DNA of 34,875 nucleotides from Chthoniobacter sp. (GTDB lineage: Bacteria; Verrucomicrobiota; Verrucomicrobiia; Chthoniobacterales; Chthoniobacteraceae): NCBI GenBank assembly GCA_043779575.1, contig JAYWEB010000111.1, forward strand, positions 1 to 34,875, written 5' to 3'. Under the pieces are notes generated by a model, which saw only the letters and a list, made by a program, of their open reading frames with translations, did no database searches and was not told where the DNA came from. Positions 1-7,533 of the stretch are shown here, piece by piece (positions within the stretch are counted from its first letter, which is position 1; every line of letters starts with the position of its first letter). The translations under genes were made by a program, and so were the position numbers.

Positions 1-97
1 AGAATCCGAATGGCGTTTCAATCATCGCCAGGATAATCTCTACCTCTTAATCCTCAAAAACCTCCGTCTTTTTCCCATCGTGTTCTAGGCAAGCCCC
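1..97 (+). mobile_element. Right end of an IS1595-family (IS1016-like) insertion sequence, partial
   Basis: Transposase-like C-terminus in frame 2, followed by TCTAGGCAAGCCCC ending at 97. The reverse complement GGGGCTTGCCTAGA resembles IS1016-group terminal inverted repeats. The segment is AT-richer than its surroundings. Confidence 0.7.
2..88 (+). CDS. IS1595-family transposase, C-terminal end (partial, starts outside window)
   Basis: Manual translation ESEWRFNHRQDNLYLLILKNLRLFPIVF* matches the E-x-x-[WF]RFN-x-R motif that ends IS1595 DDE transposases. Confidence 0.7.
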   Translation, partial: ESEWRFNHRQDNLYLLILKNLRLFPIVF

Positions 98-99
98 AA

Positions 100-267
100 T
101 GGTATTGCGACTCGGATTATCAGCGCGAGTTGCTGCGCTACAACGACGAGACGAAACGGGCAACGAACGTCTGGACGCGCCGCGCACGAAACGAGCGCTT
201 CGCCCGTTACTGGCTGGCGATGACCAATCGGCAACTCCGCCGGCAACGGCTCATTCTCTACATCTCG
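100..267 (+). pseudogene. Probable internal fragment of a VirB4/TraC-like conjugative ATPase gene
   Basis: Protein-like stretch WYCDSDYQRELLRYNDETKRATNVWTRRARNERFARYWLAMTNRQLRRQRLILYIS begins right at the IS end, then degrades into the antisense shadow of the next genes. The family assignment is from recollection only. Confidence 0.35.
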
Positions 268-276
268 CCGCCCACT

Positions 277-459
277 CTACTCCGCTTTCGTCGCCGGCTT
301 GGTCGTCGGCGCAAACTTCACCCCGCGCGCCGCCGCTTCGCGTTCACGCTCGCGGATGAAGTCCATGAACTTCCGCACGTCGTAGCCGGACTTGCGGGCG
401 AGTTCATCGCGCGTGTGGCGGATTTCGGTGAGAATCGGGTTCGGCTGCATGGGATTCAT
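277..459 (-). CDS. Small (60 aa) protein downstream of PIN toxin; putative antitoxin
   Basis: ATG at 459 overlaps the PIN stop (ATGA). MNPMQPNPILTEIRHTRDELARKSGYDVRKFMDFIRERE resembles the short helical proteins typically following this PIN subfamily. Confidence 0.7.
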   Translation of the reverse strand: MNPMQPNPILTEIRHTRDELARKSGYDVRKFMDFIREREREAAARGVKFAPTTKPATKAE

Positions 460-932
460 AGTGGCAGGAGTTCTTCCGGTGTGCAAATCACCGGGCAAGC
501 CAGCCCCCGCTCGGCGCACGCGCGCTCAATGCGGCGGACGAGATGGGGGTTGTTGATGTGTTTGCAATTCCATGTCAGCAGGAAGTCCATCGCGTGGACG
601 GCGGAAAAAGCGATATGTGCCGCATCCGGCGCAGCGACCGCCGGAATGACCCCGGAGCCAAGCAAATGCTCGATCAATTCATCCACCTCCGGCTGCGCTG
701 GCAGGCGTGGAATCCCGTCCAGCACCCGCAGCCGTGCCTCCGCCATCGCGGCATCCCCTTCCGCGACCTCCACCTCGACGACTTCTGACGTGAAGAGTTC
801 GTATTCGTGGCGCTTTGTTTCCCACCATTCTTCCGTCGTCTCTTGGTCAGCCGCCAACCGCAAATCCCGGCTCCGCCGCGCCGTCAGGTAGCTCGGGATC
901 GTTGTTTCGAGGTAGAGTTTCGGCAGGCTCAT
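456..932 (-). CDS. PIN-domain (VapC-like) ribonuclease toxin
   Basis: 158 aa with motifs LYLETTIPSYL, VEVEV, DAAHIA and LLTWNCKHI. Confidence 0.88.
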   Translation of the reverse strand: MSLPKLYLETTIPSYLTARRSRDLRLAADQETTEEWWETKRHEYELFTSEVVEVEVAEGDAAMAEARLRVLDGIPRLPAQPEVDELIEHLLGSGVIPAVAAPDAAHIAFSAVHAMDFLLTWNCKHINNPHLVRRIERACAERGLACPVICTPEELLPL

Positions 933-945
933 CCTCTAGGTCTCA

Positions 946-2715
946 TCATTGCTCCGGGGAATCGGCGAAATCCTCAGCCTGCATTTCTTCCTCGGCTATC
1001 TGCCTTAAATTATACTTTTCCCGCTCGTCGGGGGTCATTTTTTCCAATGCAACGGTTTCGCGGTATTCGCGAGCGTCGGCTGCCATCGTAAAAGTCACTT
1101 CAAGTCCTTTCTCGGCTGCCAACGTGCGAACTCGCTCCAACGGAACGCGGAAAAACTCTTTCCGATAGTTCACCTTGTTAATCCGGGCATCGTCGAACTC
1201 TTGATGAAGCATCCGTTCCAAAGTTGGCGCATCATCGCTTCTGATCATTGCGTGGACGTCGAACGCAAACGGCACTGAAGCATCACCGAGTTCCTTGATT
1301 CGGTCCTCCGGGATGAGTCGGCGTGTCATCCCGATCTTGATCACATCGTCGCCGAATGAACCGACGTTCGAGATGATATAGACGTTCCCGGCACGCGTCT
1401 GTTGTGCCATTGAAAGCGCGCGCTGACCTTTCGCCTCTGCCTCTGCGAGACGCTGATTGATCTCGGCAAGCTGGGCTTCAAATCTCGACCGCTCCTCCGC
1501 GCTGGCGTGCTCCACCTCGGCCAGTATTTTCTCCCTCGCTTGTTTGATCACCGCCTCTTCCCTCGCCGCCTCTTGCATCGCGCGCTCATATTCGCGCCGC
1601 GCCTTTTCTTCCTCGCGAATCCGCTCTTGGATCTCGCGTTGCTCCTCCCGCTCTTTCAATCGCAGTTCCTGGGTGACGACCGCCCACTTCAGTTCAGCCA
1701 AGCGCGCGTCTAAGTAAGCTGGTAGAATGCGCGCGTCTCGGAAGGCCAATCCATTCATGTTTACCACGCTGAATGCGTCTTGCAGCTCGCGCTCCAACGT
1801 TCCGTAGTTGTCGTGTTTTGTTCGGCTAAGAATGGCGTCAACGCGCCCGTTGAATGCATCAATGACGAACCGATTGGCGCGATCCCGTCGATCCTCTTCC
1901 TCGTAGTTACAAGTCGCCGCCAGCTTTAACTCTACCAGCCGACGCGACTGTTCACGGGCTGCTTTAAGTTCTTCGCCGGCTTTCGTATGACCGAAAGCCG
2001 CCCCCAGTTCGTCCAGTAGGCTGCGTGTCGGAACAACGTATTTGTCGCCGTATCCGTTGACGACGTTCCAGAGGGCTTCGACCGCTTGTTCAAGCACTTG
2101 TTTGTCGCGCATGGCGATATAGGCGTCACCAGCGACCTGCTCGGCACGGCGCTCCGCAGCTTCTGCAATGCGACCAGCATCGCGCGTGGCTTGGATAAGA
2201 AGAGCATCGGCCTGCTCGCGAATGTCCTTTGCTCGCTGCTGCGACGCACGGCGCTCTTCCGCCGTTGCGGCTCGCGTCTGATCCACCAGCAATTGCGCTT
2301 CTTGACGCAAAGCCGCAGCTTCCGCAATCGCTTCAGCGAGGCTCTTTCTCACTTCACTCTCAGCGTCCTGCAGACTGGCGTAACCTCGCAATGGGCCAAG
2401 TTCAGCTAGTACCGCCTCCAGTTGTTGCGTCGCTGCTCCATGCACTTTTAGTGCTTCCTTTTCGTAGTGTTCGCGAACGCGCTCCGATTCTGCGGCGAGT
2501 TCGGCAAGCCTTTGTTCCAAGGTCTGCTGTGCATAAGCCACCGCAGATTGCGATTGTCCACGCGCGAGGGTTATTTCTCGTTCGCTTTCGTTCCGCGCAG
2601 CCTCGGCTCGCCGATTCGCCGCGACGGCTGCCGCTTCTGCGCGCTGCTTGAGGAAATAGAACACCGCGAGCGCAGCGCTTGTGATCAGCCAGAGAACCAA
2701 AAGAAATGTCGTCAT
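946..2715 (-). CDS. Membrane-anchored DUF4041 + T5orf172/GIY-YIG nuclease (SNIPE / PD-lambda-1-like anti-phage protein)
   Basis: 589 aa. N-terminal TM helix, long coiled coil, DUF4041-like core (FVIDAFNGRVD, YLDARLAELKW), and C-terminal GNVYIISNVGSFG..IKIGMTRR..RIKELGDASVPF.FDVHA..LERMLH..KEFF. Confidence 0.88.
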   Translation of the reverse strand: MTTFLLVLWLITSAALAVFYFLKQRAEAAAVAANRRAEAARNESEREITLARGQSQSAVAYAQQTLEQRLAELAAESERVREHYEKEALKVHGAATQQLEAVLAELGPLRGYASLQDAESEVRKSLAEAIAEAAALRQEAQLLVDQTRAATAEERRASQQRAKDIREQADALLIQATRDAGRIAEAAERRAEQVAGDAYIAMRDKQVLEQAVEALWNVVNGYGDKYVVPTRSLLDELGAAFGHTKAGEELKAAREQSRRLVELKLAATCNYEEEDRRDRANRFVIDAFNGRVDAILSRTKHDNYGTLERELQDAFSVVNMNGLAFRDARILPAYLDARLAELKWAVVTQELRLKEREEQREIQERIREEEKARREYERAMQEAAREEAVIKQAREKILAEVEHASAEERSRFEAQLAEINQRLAEAEAKGQRALSMAQQTRAGNVYIISNVGSFGDDVIKIGMTRRLIPEDRIKELGDASVPFAFDVHAMIRSDDAPTLERMLHQEFDDARINKVNYRKEFFRVPLERVRTLAAEKGLEVTFTMAADAREYRETVALEKMTPDEREKYNLRQIAEEEMQAEDFADSPEQ

Positions 2716-3821
2716 ATGGTGAGGGATTGTTCCGCACTCTCATCAGGCAGCCGGGTCACGGGTTTGAGCTTGGAACCGATCTCCACACGAAGCTGCCGCA
2801 CGTTATTGAGAAGTCCGGTGAAGTTCATCCTCTCCGGCTGAGCCGGAGTTAAATCCTCAGGTGTAAGTGGGACGATGGGAAGAAACTCACCCCCTTTGCG
2901 CGATGCCATGACGTCGCCTCGATGACGAAAATTCTCCATCGAGTCGGATGGATCGAGCTGTTCAAAATCTAACCGTTCGACCACATCGCGCACGATTGCC
3001 GCGGAGAGCACCGGCAATTCTGCCGGTCTCCCGCTGCGCGCGTCGATACCATGCACAGATGCAGCCACCAGAACCTCATTGACGGGCAGCAACGCCAGAA
3101 CTTCGCGAGCGAGCCGAAGAACACATCCGCACACGTAGTCCTGATAGATTTCATGAAAGCGCGGCTTCGGCATCGCTTTAATGGTAAGTTTTCCGGCAGC
3201 CGTTAGTGATTTCACGTCGGCGGGGATGGCCTCCCGGCCATTTACGGTCAGCACACATTCGATGAGCCTGGGACTACGCACCGTGAAATGGATGGAAGAC
3301 CCGAGGTGAGCGATCTCCCCGAGCGAAGAAAACTCCGAGATCGCTTCCGAATAAGCGCCTGCCTCGCCGGATAATACCCGGTTCGCCAGCGCACGCATGC
3401 GCTCCCACTCGGCGCGTTCTCTTTCGTATTCGTCACGCATCGTTAGATACTCTCGCTCGTCGCGCGCCCGCGCCTCCTCCGCAGCGGCGCTTCCACTGCC
3501 AGCCCCATTTTCAAGCTCCCCGACACCGTGTATTAGCACCGCGGCAAACTCATGACGACCAGGCCTGACGGGCTCGTGCGGTGGGAGCGCTGACGCAAAT
3601 TCTGCCCACTCGATGGGTGCGCTTTGCTCTTTCTGGACAGAAAGTAAAACCTCCAGTGCATTTTCGTGTGCCTCTACCTCGAGCCGTGCCTGCTCTAGCG
3701 CCGATAGCTTTGCTCTTTCTTTGGAACGCCGCTCCAAGTCTTTCTGCCGTTTGCGTGCCTCGCGCTCTTGACGCCGCTGCTCCGCTTGCAACCTCCGCAC
3801 TTGTGCCGTCCAGCTACTCAC
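2712..3821 (-). CDS. Conserved hypothetical protein (369 aa): N-terminal coiled coil plus a domain seen in DUF4236 proteins and long Mrr-like proteins
   Basis: GTG at 3821 preceded by AGTAGG. Its stop overlaps the nuclease ATG (ATGA 2712-2715). Motifs YQDYVCGCVLRLAREVLALLP, GIDARSG and LDFEQLDPSDSMENF. Confidence 0.75.
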   Translation of the reverse strand: MSSWTAQVRRLQAEQRRQEREARKRQKDLERRSKERAKLSALEQARLEVEAHENALEVLLSVQKEQSAPIEWAEFASALPPHEPVRPGRHEFAAVLIHGVGELENGAGSGSAAAEEARARDEREYLTMRDEYERERAEWERMRALANRVLSGEAGAYSEAISEFSSLGEIAHLGSSIHFTVRSPRLIECVLTVNGREAIPADVKSLTAAGKLTIKAMPKPRFHEIYQDYVCGCVLRLAREVLALLPVNEVLVAASVHGIDARSGRPAELPVLSAAIVRDVVERLDFEQLDPSDSMENFRHRGDVMASRKGGEFLPIVPLTPEDLTPAQPERMNFTGLLNNVRQLRVEIGSKLKPVTRLPDESAEQSLTI

Positions 3822-3831
3822 CGTGCCTACT

Positions 3832-4545
3832 TTATGGCTTCGGCGCAGGTGGGTTGCCACCACCAGTGGCGGGTTTCTTCTCCCGTTGCGGGGCGCGTTC
3901 GATGTGGCTGGCGCTGTCCCAGGCGCGGAGCTTGTCGGGGTTGCGGGTGTATTTGTTGCGCATGATGGCGTCGAGGTAGTTGACTTCTTTCATGCCCGCT
4001 TTGATGAGGCGTCCGACGGCGGCGGTGCTTTCCACGCCTTCGCTGTCGTCGCTCTCGACGGCATCCTCGGCGGCGTCGATGGCTTTGCGGTCGTCGGCGA
4101 GATCGGTGACGAAATCGGCGGGGAGTTCGTGGGCGACGAACTTGGCGATGAGCGCGGTCTTGGCGGTCTTTTGCGCGGCGGTGTCGTCGGCGGCGAATTG
4201 GAATTGCGCGAGGAAAGTGTCGGCGGTGGTGAGGAGCGCGGTCTGGCTCGGGCTGTCCGGCGGGCGGAAAGTATCGGCGAAACCGGCGGTGTCCTGCGCG
4301 ATGGCGCGGGCGGTGCGGGAGATATTTTGCAGGTCGAGGCGGAGGGCATCGAGGAGCACTTCTTTGGCGGTGACGCCGCCGCTTTGCTGCGCGGCTTTGG
4401 CGGCGTCGAGGTCGGTGATGACTTTGGCGACATTGGCGAAGCGTTTCAGTGCTTCGCCGCCCGCGGCGAAGTCGGTGGCGTTGCCAGTGCCGAAGGTTTT
4501 GACGCGGCCAAACATGTCGTAGCGGCGGGTTTCGCGGTCGTTCAT
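3832..4545 (-). CDS. Hypothetical alpha-helical protein (237 aa)
   Basis: Strong coding bias from ATG 4545 (MNDRETRRYDMFGRVKTFG). Ends LDAIMRNKYTRNPDKLRAWDSASHIER plus a Pro/Gly tail. The upstream extension to 4698 is not protein-like. Confidence 0.8.
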   Translation of the reverse strand: MNDRETRRYDMFGRVKTFGTGNATDFAAGGEALKRFANVAKVITDLDAAKAAQQSGGVTAKEVLLDALRLDLQNISRTARAIAQDTAGFADTFRPPDSPSQTALLTTADTFLAQFQFAADDTAAQKTAKTALIAKFVAHELPADFVTDLADDRKAIDAAEDAVESDDSEGVESTAAVGRLIKAGMKEVNYLDAIMRNKYTRNPDKLRAWDSASHIERAPQREKKPATGGGNPPAPKP

Positions 4546-4669
4546 AGGAGGAGTGAAGTGAGAGGTTTTTGGTGAGGTGGAAGGTGGAGACTGCGCGCGT
4601 AGCCTGCCCCGATGGGCAATAATTGCCAAGACTGAAAGCGAAACCCGCAAATGGCTCATCCACAGATAG

Positions 4670-5087
4670 AAGCGCACGGGGCAAACCTCGGCTGACACGC
4701 TCCAAGGCTCGATTTACACACGCCAAGGCGCATCTCGCACGCTCCCAAACCGAAGCTGACACGCACCACGATTCGATGGACATGCACGAATCCGAAACGC
4801 TCAGGCGCCACGGATCGTCTCGCATCGGAAAACACAAAGCTCGCACGCGCCCGCGCGCGGCGCGCAGCGCACCCGGCTCGGCTGACACGCACCACGACTC
4901 GGCGCGCACCGGCCACGGCGATGCGGCACGCGGCGAAGCCGACGCTGCACGCCACCAAGACGCGACGCGCACGCGGCGAAGGTCGCACCGCATTCGCGAT
5001 GGCAGGATTTGCGCGGGACGAAGTTCGCACCGCAGCCGGAAACACAAAACTCGCACGCGGCAAAGCGCAGCGCGGCGATGCGCGTAG
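4670..5087. repeat. Degenerate tandem repeat tract with ~21-nt period
   Basis: GCTGACACGCACCACGA at 4755 and 4881 (126 = 6x21 apart). AACACAAARCTCGCACGCG at 4831 and 5041 (210 = 10x21). GCACGCGGCRAAG at 4926, 4969 and 5053 (last pair 84 = 4x21). GCTGACACGC also at 4691. Confidence 0.75.
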
Positions 5088-5158
5088 CAGAGGTTCCCGC
5101 GAAAAGATGCTCCGTATATGGAGCAGGTTTGATGGACAGATGATGCAGGATGTCTTCC

Positions 5159-5461
5159 ATGAAAACCCAAACGAGCAGTCAAAAACCGAAACGGAATCGC
5201 ATCGCGGTAACGCTGCATATTCTGCGCAGCCGCTACGATGTCTTCGCGCTGGCGAGCGAGGAGATCGAACGGCGCACCGGCACTGCGCCGGGTGTGGAGG
5301 CGATGATGGAGTATGACTTGGAAAGCACGGTCGATCCCGACGACCTCGCCGATCTGTATTGCTTCACGGTCTTGAAGTGGTCGGCCAAGCAGATCGACAA
5401 AGTTTCCAACCACTACACGGGCAGGCCGCGCGTGAGAAAGCGGAGTGATGCAAAGCAATAG
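5159..5461 (+). CDS. Hypothetical protein (100 aa)
   Basis: AGGA 8 nt before ATG 5159 (alternative start 5150). Plausible composition; no family recognised. Confidence 0.55.
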   Translation: MKTQTSSQKPKRNRIAVTLHILRSRYDVFALASEEIERRTGTAPGVEAMMEYDLESTVDPDDLADLYCFTVLKWSAKQIDKVSNHYTGRPRVRKRSDAKQ

Positions 5462-5522
5462 CGCGTCGAATCCGAACAACTCGGGCAGTTCGATTTCCTG
5501 CCATCCAGAAAGGACACACCCG

Positions 5523-5717
5523 ATGGCCACCTACCCACTAACCGGCTACGGCCTCATGGGGAAACGCCACTGGACGGAGTTTTGCCCGCAGATGGTGAAG
5601 GAGCTGGAGGCGCAGGGCAGATTGGAGGAGGCGCTCTACGAGGCGCAGGAGGCGACCTGCGAGGAGATGATGGAACTGCGCAGCCGACTCCAGAAGGAGC
5701 AGAGCTTGACGCCGCAA
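5523..5717 (+). pseudogene. TnpV-like / ICE-associated small protein, apparently C-terminally truncated
   Basis: GAAAGGA RBS upstream. MATYPLTGYGLMGKRHWTEFCPQMVKELEAQGRLEEALYEAQE resembles the TnpV YG.M...[YHW]..E..P pattern. After SLTPQ the frame reads non-protein-like sequence to 5927. Confidence 0.45.
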
Positions 5718-6138
5718 CGTTGGACCTTTGCCCAACCTCCGCGGGAACTCCGGGGAGGCTTCGCGTCGGCCAAGTGGGTTGGTGCCTCTTCGCTGGCGCT
5801 CGCCCCCGCTCAATCGGCGCGGGGCCTGGGAAGGAGAGCGAAAGGACTTTGTCCTTCGCCAGTGGCAGCGGCTCCGGTTCGGGCGGAAGAAGGGTGGAGG
5901 GGATTGCCGTGGCTACTATCCGGGTGATGGAGCGTGGGTCGATGTAATGGGCGAAATCAGTTGAGTCAAGACTGCCGGCAAATGGCTTGGCCGGAATGAC
6001 GACGGCGAGCACGCCGTCATCAAGCCACCGGGCGGTCCCCGGCGCGTGAATCCCGAGATGATGACCGCCGGCGAGGTGGAGGGTGAAAGGAATGAAGGGG
6101 CGCACGGCAAGCAACTGGCTTAGGAGGTCCGGGAGCAT
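5554..6138 (-). CDS. Small PVC-superphylum-type hypothetical protein (RPFxPF family); recognisable part ~5910-6138, with a probably spurious C-terminal read-through
   Basis: MLPDLLSQLLAVRPFIPFTLHLAGGHHLGIHAP...YIDPRSITRI resembles a short Planctomycetota/Verrucomicrobiota family. The tail crossing the hairpin segment is low-complexity. Confidence 0.5.
   Translation of the reverse strand: MLPDLLSQLLAVRPFIPFTLHLAGGHHLGIHAPGTARWLDDGVLAVVIPAKPFAGSLDSTDFAHYIDPRSITRIVATAIPSTLLPPEPEPLPLAKDKVLSLSFPGPAPIERGRAPAKRHQPTWPTRSLPGVPAEVGQRSNVAASSSAPSGVGCAVPSSPRRSPPAPRRAPPPICPAPPAPSPSAGKTPSSGVSP
5715..5862. other. Hairpin-rich non-coding segment
   Basis: Palindrome CAACGTTG 5715-5722. Stems CCTCC/GGAGG 5736-5758, GCCCCCGC/GCGGGGC 5802-5825 and GCGAAAGGAC-TTT-GTCCTTCGC 5838-5859. 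Confidence 0.55.
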
Positions 6139-6146
6139 GCGGTGAT

Positions 6147-6971
6147 TCAAACCCCCGACGTCACCGAGATAGGCTCAGTCGTGGGTAAGCTGACGCGCGC
6201 GGCCTCTTCGTCATCGAGTTCGGGAGAGGTGGGCCTTGAGGCGGGCGGGCGATGGGTGAGGAGTTCGATCCTGCCGTTGAAATCCTCGACGAGGGCAGTG
6301 AGGCTCTCGACCCAGTCGCCGCTGTTGTAATAGGCGGTGCCCTCGATCATGCGGATGACGGGTGAGTGGATGTGGCCGCAGACAACGCCGTCCACATGGT
6401 CGCGCCGGGCATAATGGACGATGGCTTTTTCAAACTCGCCAATAAAGCTGACCGCGTTCTTCACGCTCTTTTTCACGTAAGCGCTGAGCGACCAGTAACC
6501 AAGGCCGAGGACGCGGCGCAGCGCATTGACGGGTGTGTTCAGCTTGAGGAGGAATTGATAGCCGACATCGCCGACATAGGCGAGCCACTTCATGTTTTGC
6601 ACCACGGTATCCAGCTCATGCCCGTGGATGACGAGCAGGCGGCGGCCATCGGCGGTGGTGTGGATGTCGCGCGGCATGATCTCGACCGCACCGAAGTGTC
6701 CGAAAAAGCCGGCGACAAACTCGTCGTGGTTGCCGGGGATGTAAATGACGCGGGTGCCTTTGCGTCCGGTACGGAGGAGTTTCTGGATCACGTCGTTGTG
6801 CGCCTGCGGCCAGTAGATGCCGCGGCGGAGTTGCCACACGTCGAGGAGATCGCCGACGACATAGAGCGTTTCGAACTCGTGCTCTCGCAGAAAGGCGAGC
6901 AGTGCCTCGGCCTGGCTGCCGCGCGTGCCGAGATGGACATCGGAAATCCAGGCGGTGCGGTAATGTTTCAT
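6147..6971 (-). CDS. plcP: Metallophosphoesterase, PlcP/LpxH2-like (phospholipase C for phosphate-starvation lipid remodelling; often annotated UDP-2,3-diacylglucosamine diphosphatase)
   Basis: 274 aa. All five calcineurin-like motifs are present: SDVHLG, GDLLD, GNHD, HGH, GHIH. Also YWPQAHNDVIQKLLR and NSGDWVES, typical of the PlcP clade. Confidence 0.8.
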   Translation of the reverse strand: MKHYRTAWISDVHLGTRGSQAEALLAFLREHEFETLYVVGDLLDVWQLRRGIYWPQAHNDVIQKLLRTGRKGTRVIYIPGNHDEFVAGFFGHFGAVEIMPRDIHTTADGRRLLVIHGHELDTVVQNMKWLAYVGDVGYQFLLKLNTPVNALRRVLGLGYWSLSAYVKKSVKNAVSFIGEFEKAIVHYARRDHVDGVVCGHIHSPVIRMIEGTAYYNSGDWVESLTALVEDFNGRIELLTHRPPASRPTSPELDDEEAARVSLPTTEPISVTSGV

Positions 6972-7042
6972 AGGACAGTCTGGAGACGACTAAGACCTTG
7001 TGACCGGACTAATGGCAATGGGTCTTCGCATGAAAGGCGCTG

Positions 7043-7064
7043 AATTCACCTTGTTGTCACATAA
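7043..7064 (+). promoter_or_regulatory. Candidate Pho-box-like direct repeat
   Basis: ATTCAC (7044) and TGTCAC (7055) are spaced 11 bp, in the divergent region upstream of the plcP-like gene. Confidence 0.4.
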
Positions 7065-7188
7065 GCGCCGCACGGTCGTCTTTATGCCGCCTCCGCGAAA
7101 GCTCACCTTGCGAATTCGGCAAATCGTCACCTCAACCGCCAGGATTCTTCATCTTCGGCGTCCAACTTGCCAGGAAACCAATCACGCC

Positions 7189-7416
7189 ATGCCAAAATTC
7201 CGCCGTGCCCATTGCCACCGTTGCGAAGGTGAACGCCATTTTTGGAAGCGCAACCTCGATCACACCACACACCTTGCGGCGTCCGTCTTTACTTTCGGCT
7301 TTTGGTCGGTCTGCTGGCTCGCCCTGACAATCCGCCACCTTCGCAGGGCCTGGCGCTGCTCGTCCTGCGGATCTCGTCTGCGGCTAGCTCCCAGTACGCC
7401 CGCGCATCGGGTGTAG
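7189..7416 (+). CDS. LITAF-like zinc-ribbon membrane protein (75 aa)
   Basis: CHRC, then a hydrophobic segment (HLAASVFTFGFWSVCWLAL), then WRCSSCG. Confidence 0.7.
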   Translation: MPKFRRAHCHRCEGERHFWKRNLDHTTHLAASVFTFGFWSVCWLALTIRHLRRAWRCSSCGSRLRLAPSTPAHRV

Positions 7417-7501
7417 CGCGCTTCTGCCAGCGTGGCGCAGTCGCTTTCATAGCACTTTTCCGCGGAATCACGTTTGGGCACCCGGGCGATTTGCCTGAAC
7501 A

Positions 7502-7533
7502 ATGTCACGTCCCCGCCCCGCGTTTGTCACAAC
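7502..7533 (+). promoter_or_regulatory. Candidate PhoB half-sites upstream of the response regulator
   Basis: TGTCAC at 7503 and 7525 (22 bp = 2x11 apart). The middle half-site is not conserved. Confidence 0.3.

Noticed and set aside
130-891. 253-aa + strand ORF
   Set aside because: Beyond ~267 it is antisense to the PIN module; only the first part looks protein-like.
4670-5087. Repeat tract as a CRISPR array
   Set aside because: No constant repeat separated by unique spacers, and no cas genes in the window.
4623-5087. 154-aa ORF across the repeat tract as a confident gene
   Set aside because: TTG start, low-complexity composition, and repeat units shift frame. Left as an open possibility in the findings.
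3827-5530. 567-aa minus-strand ORF
   Set aside because: Arg-rich off-frame overlap of the 237-aa gene and the repeat tract.
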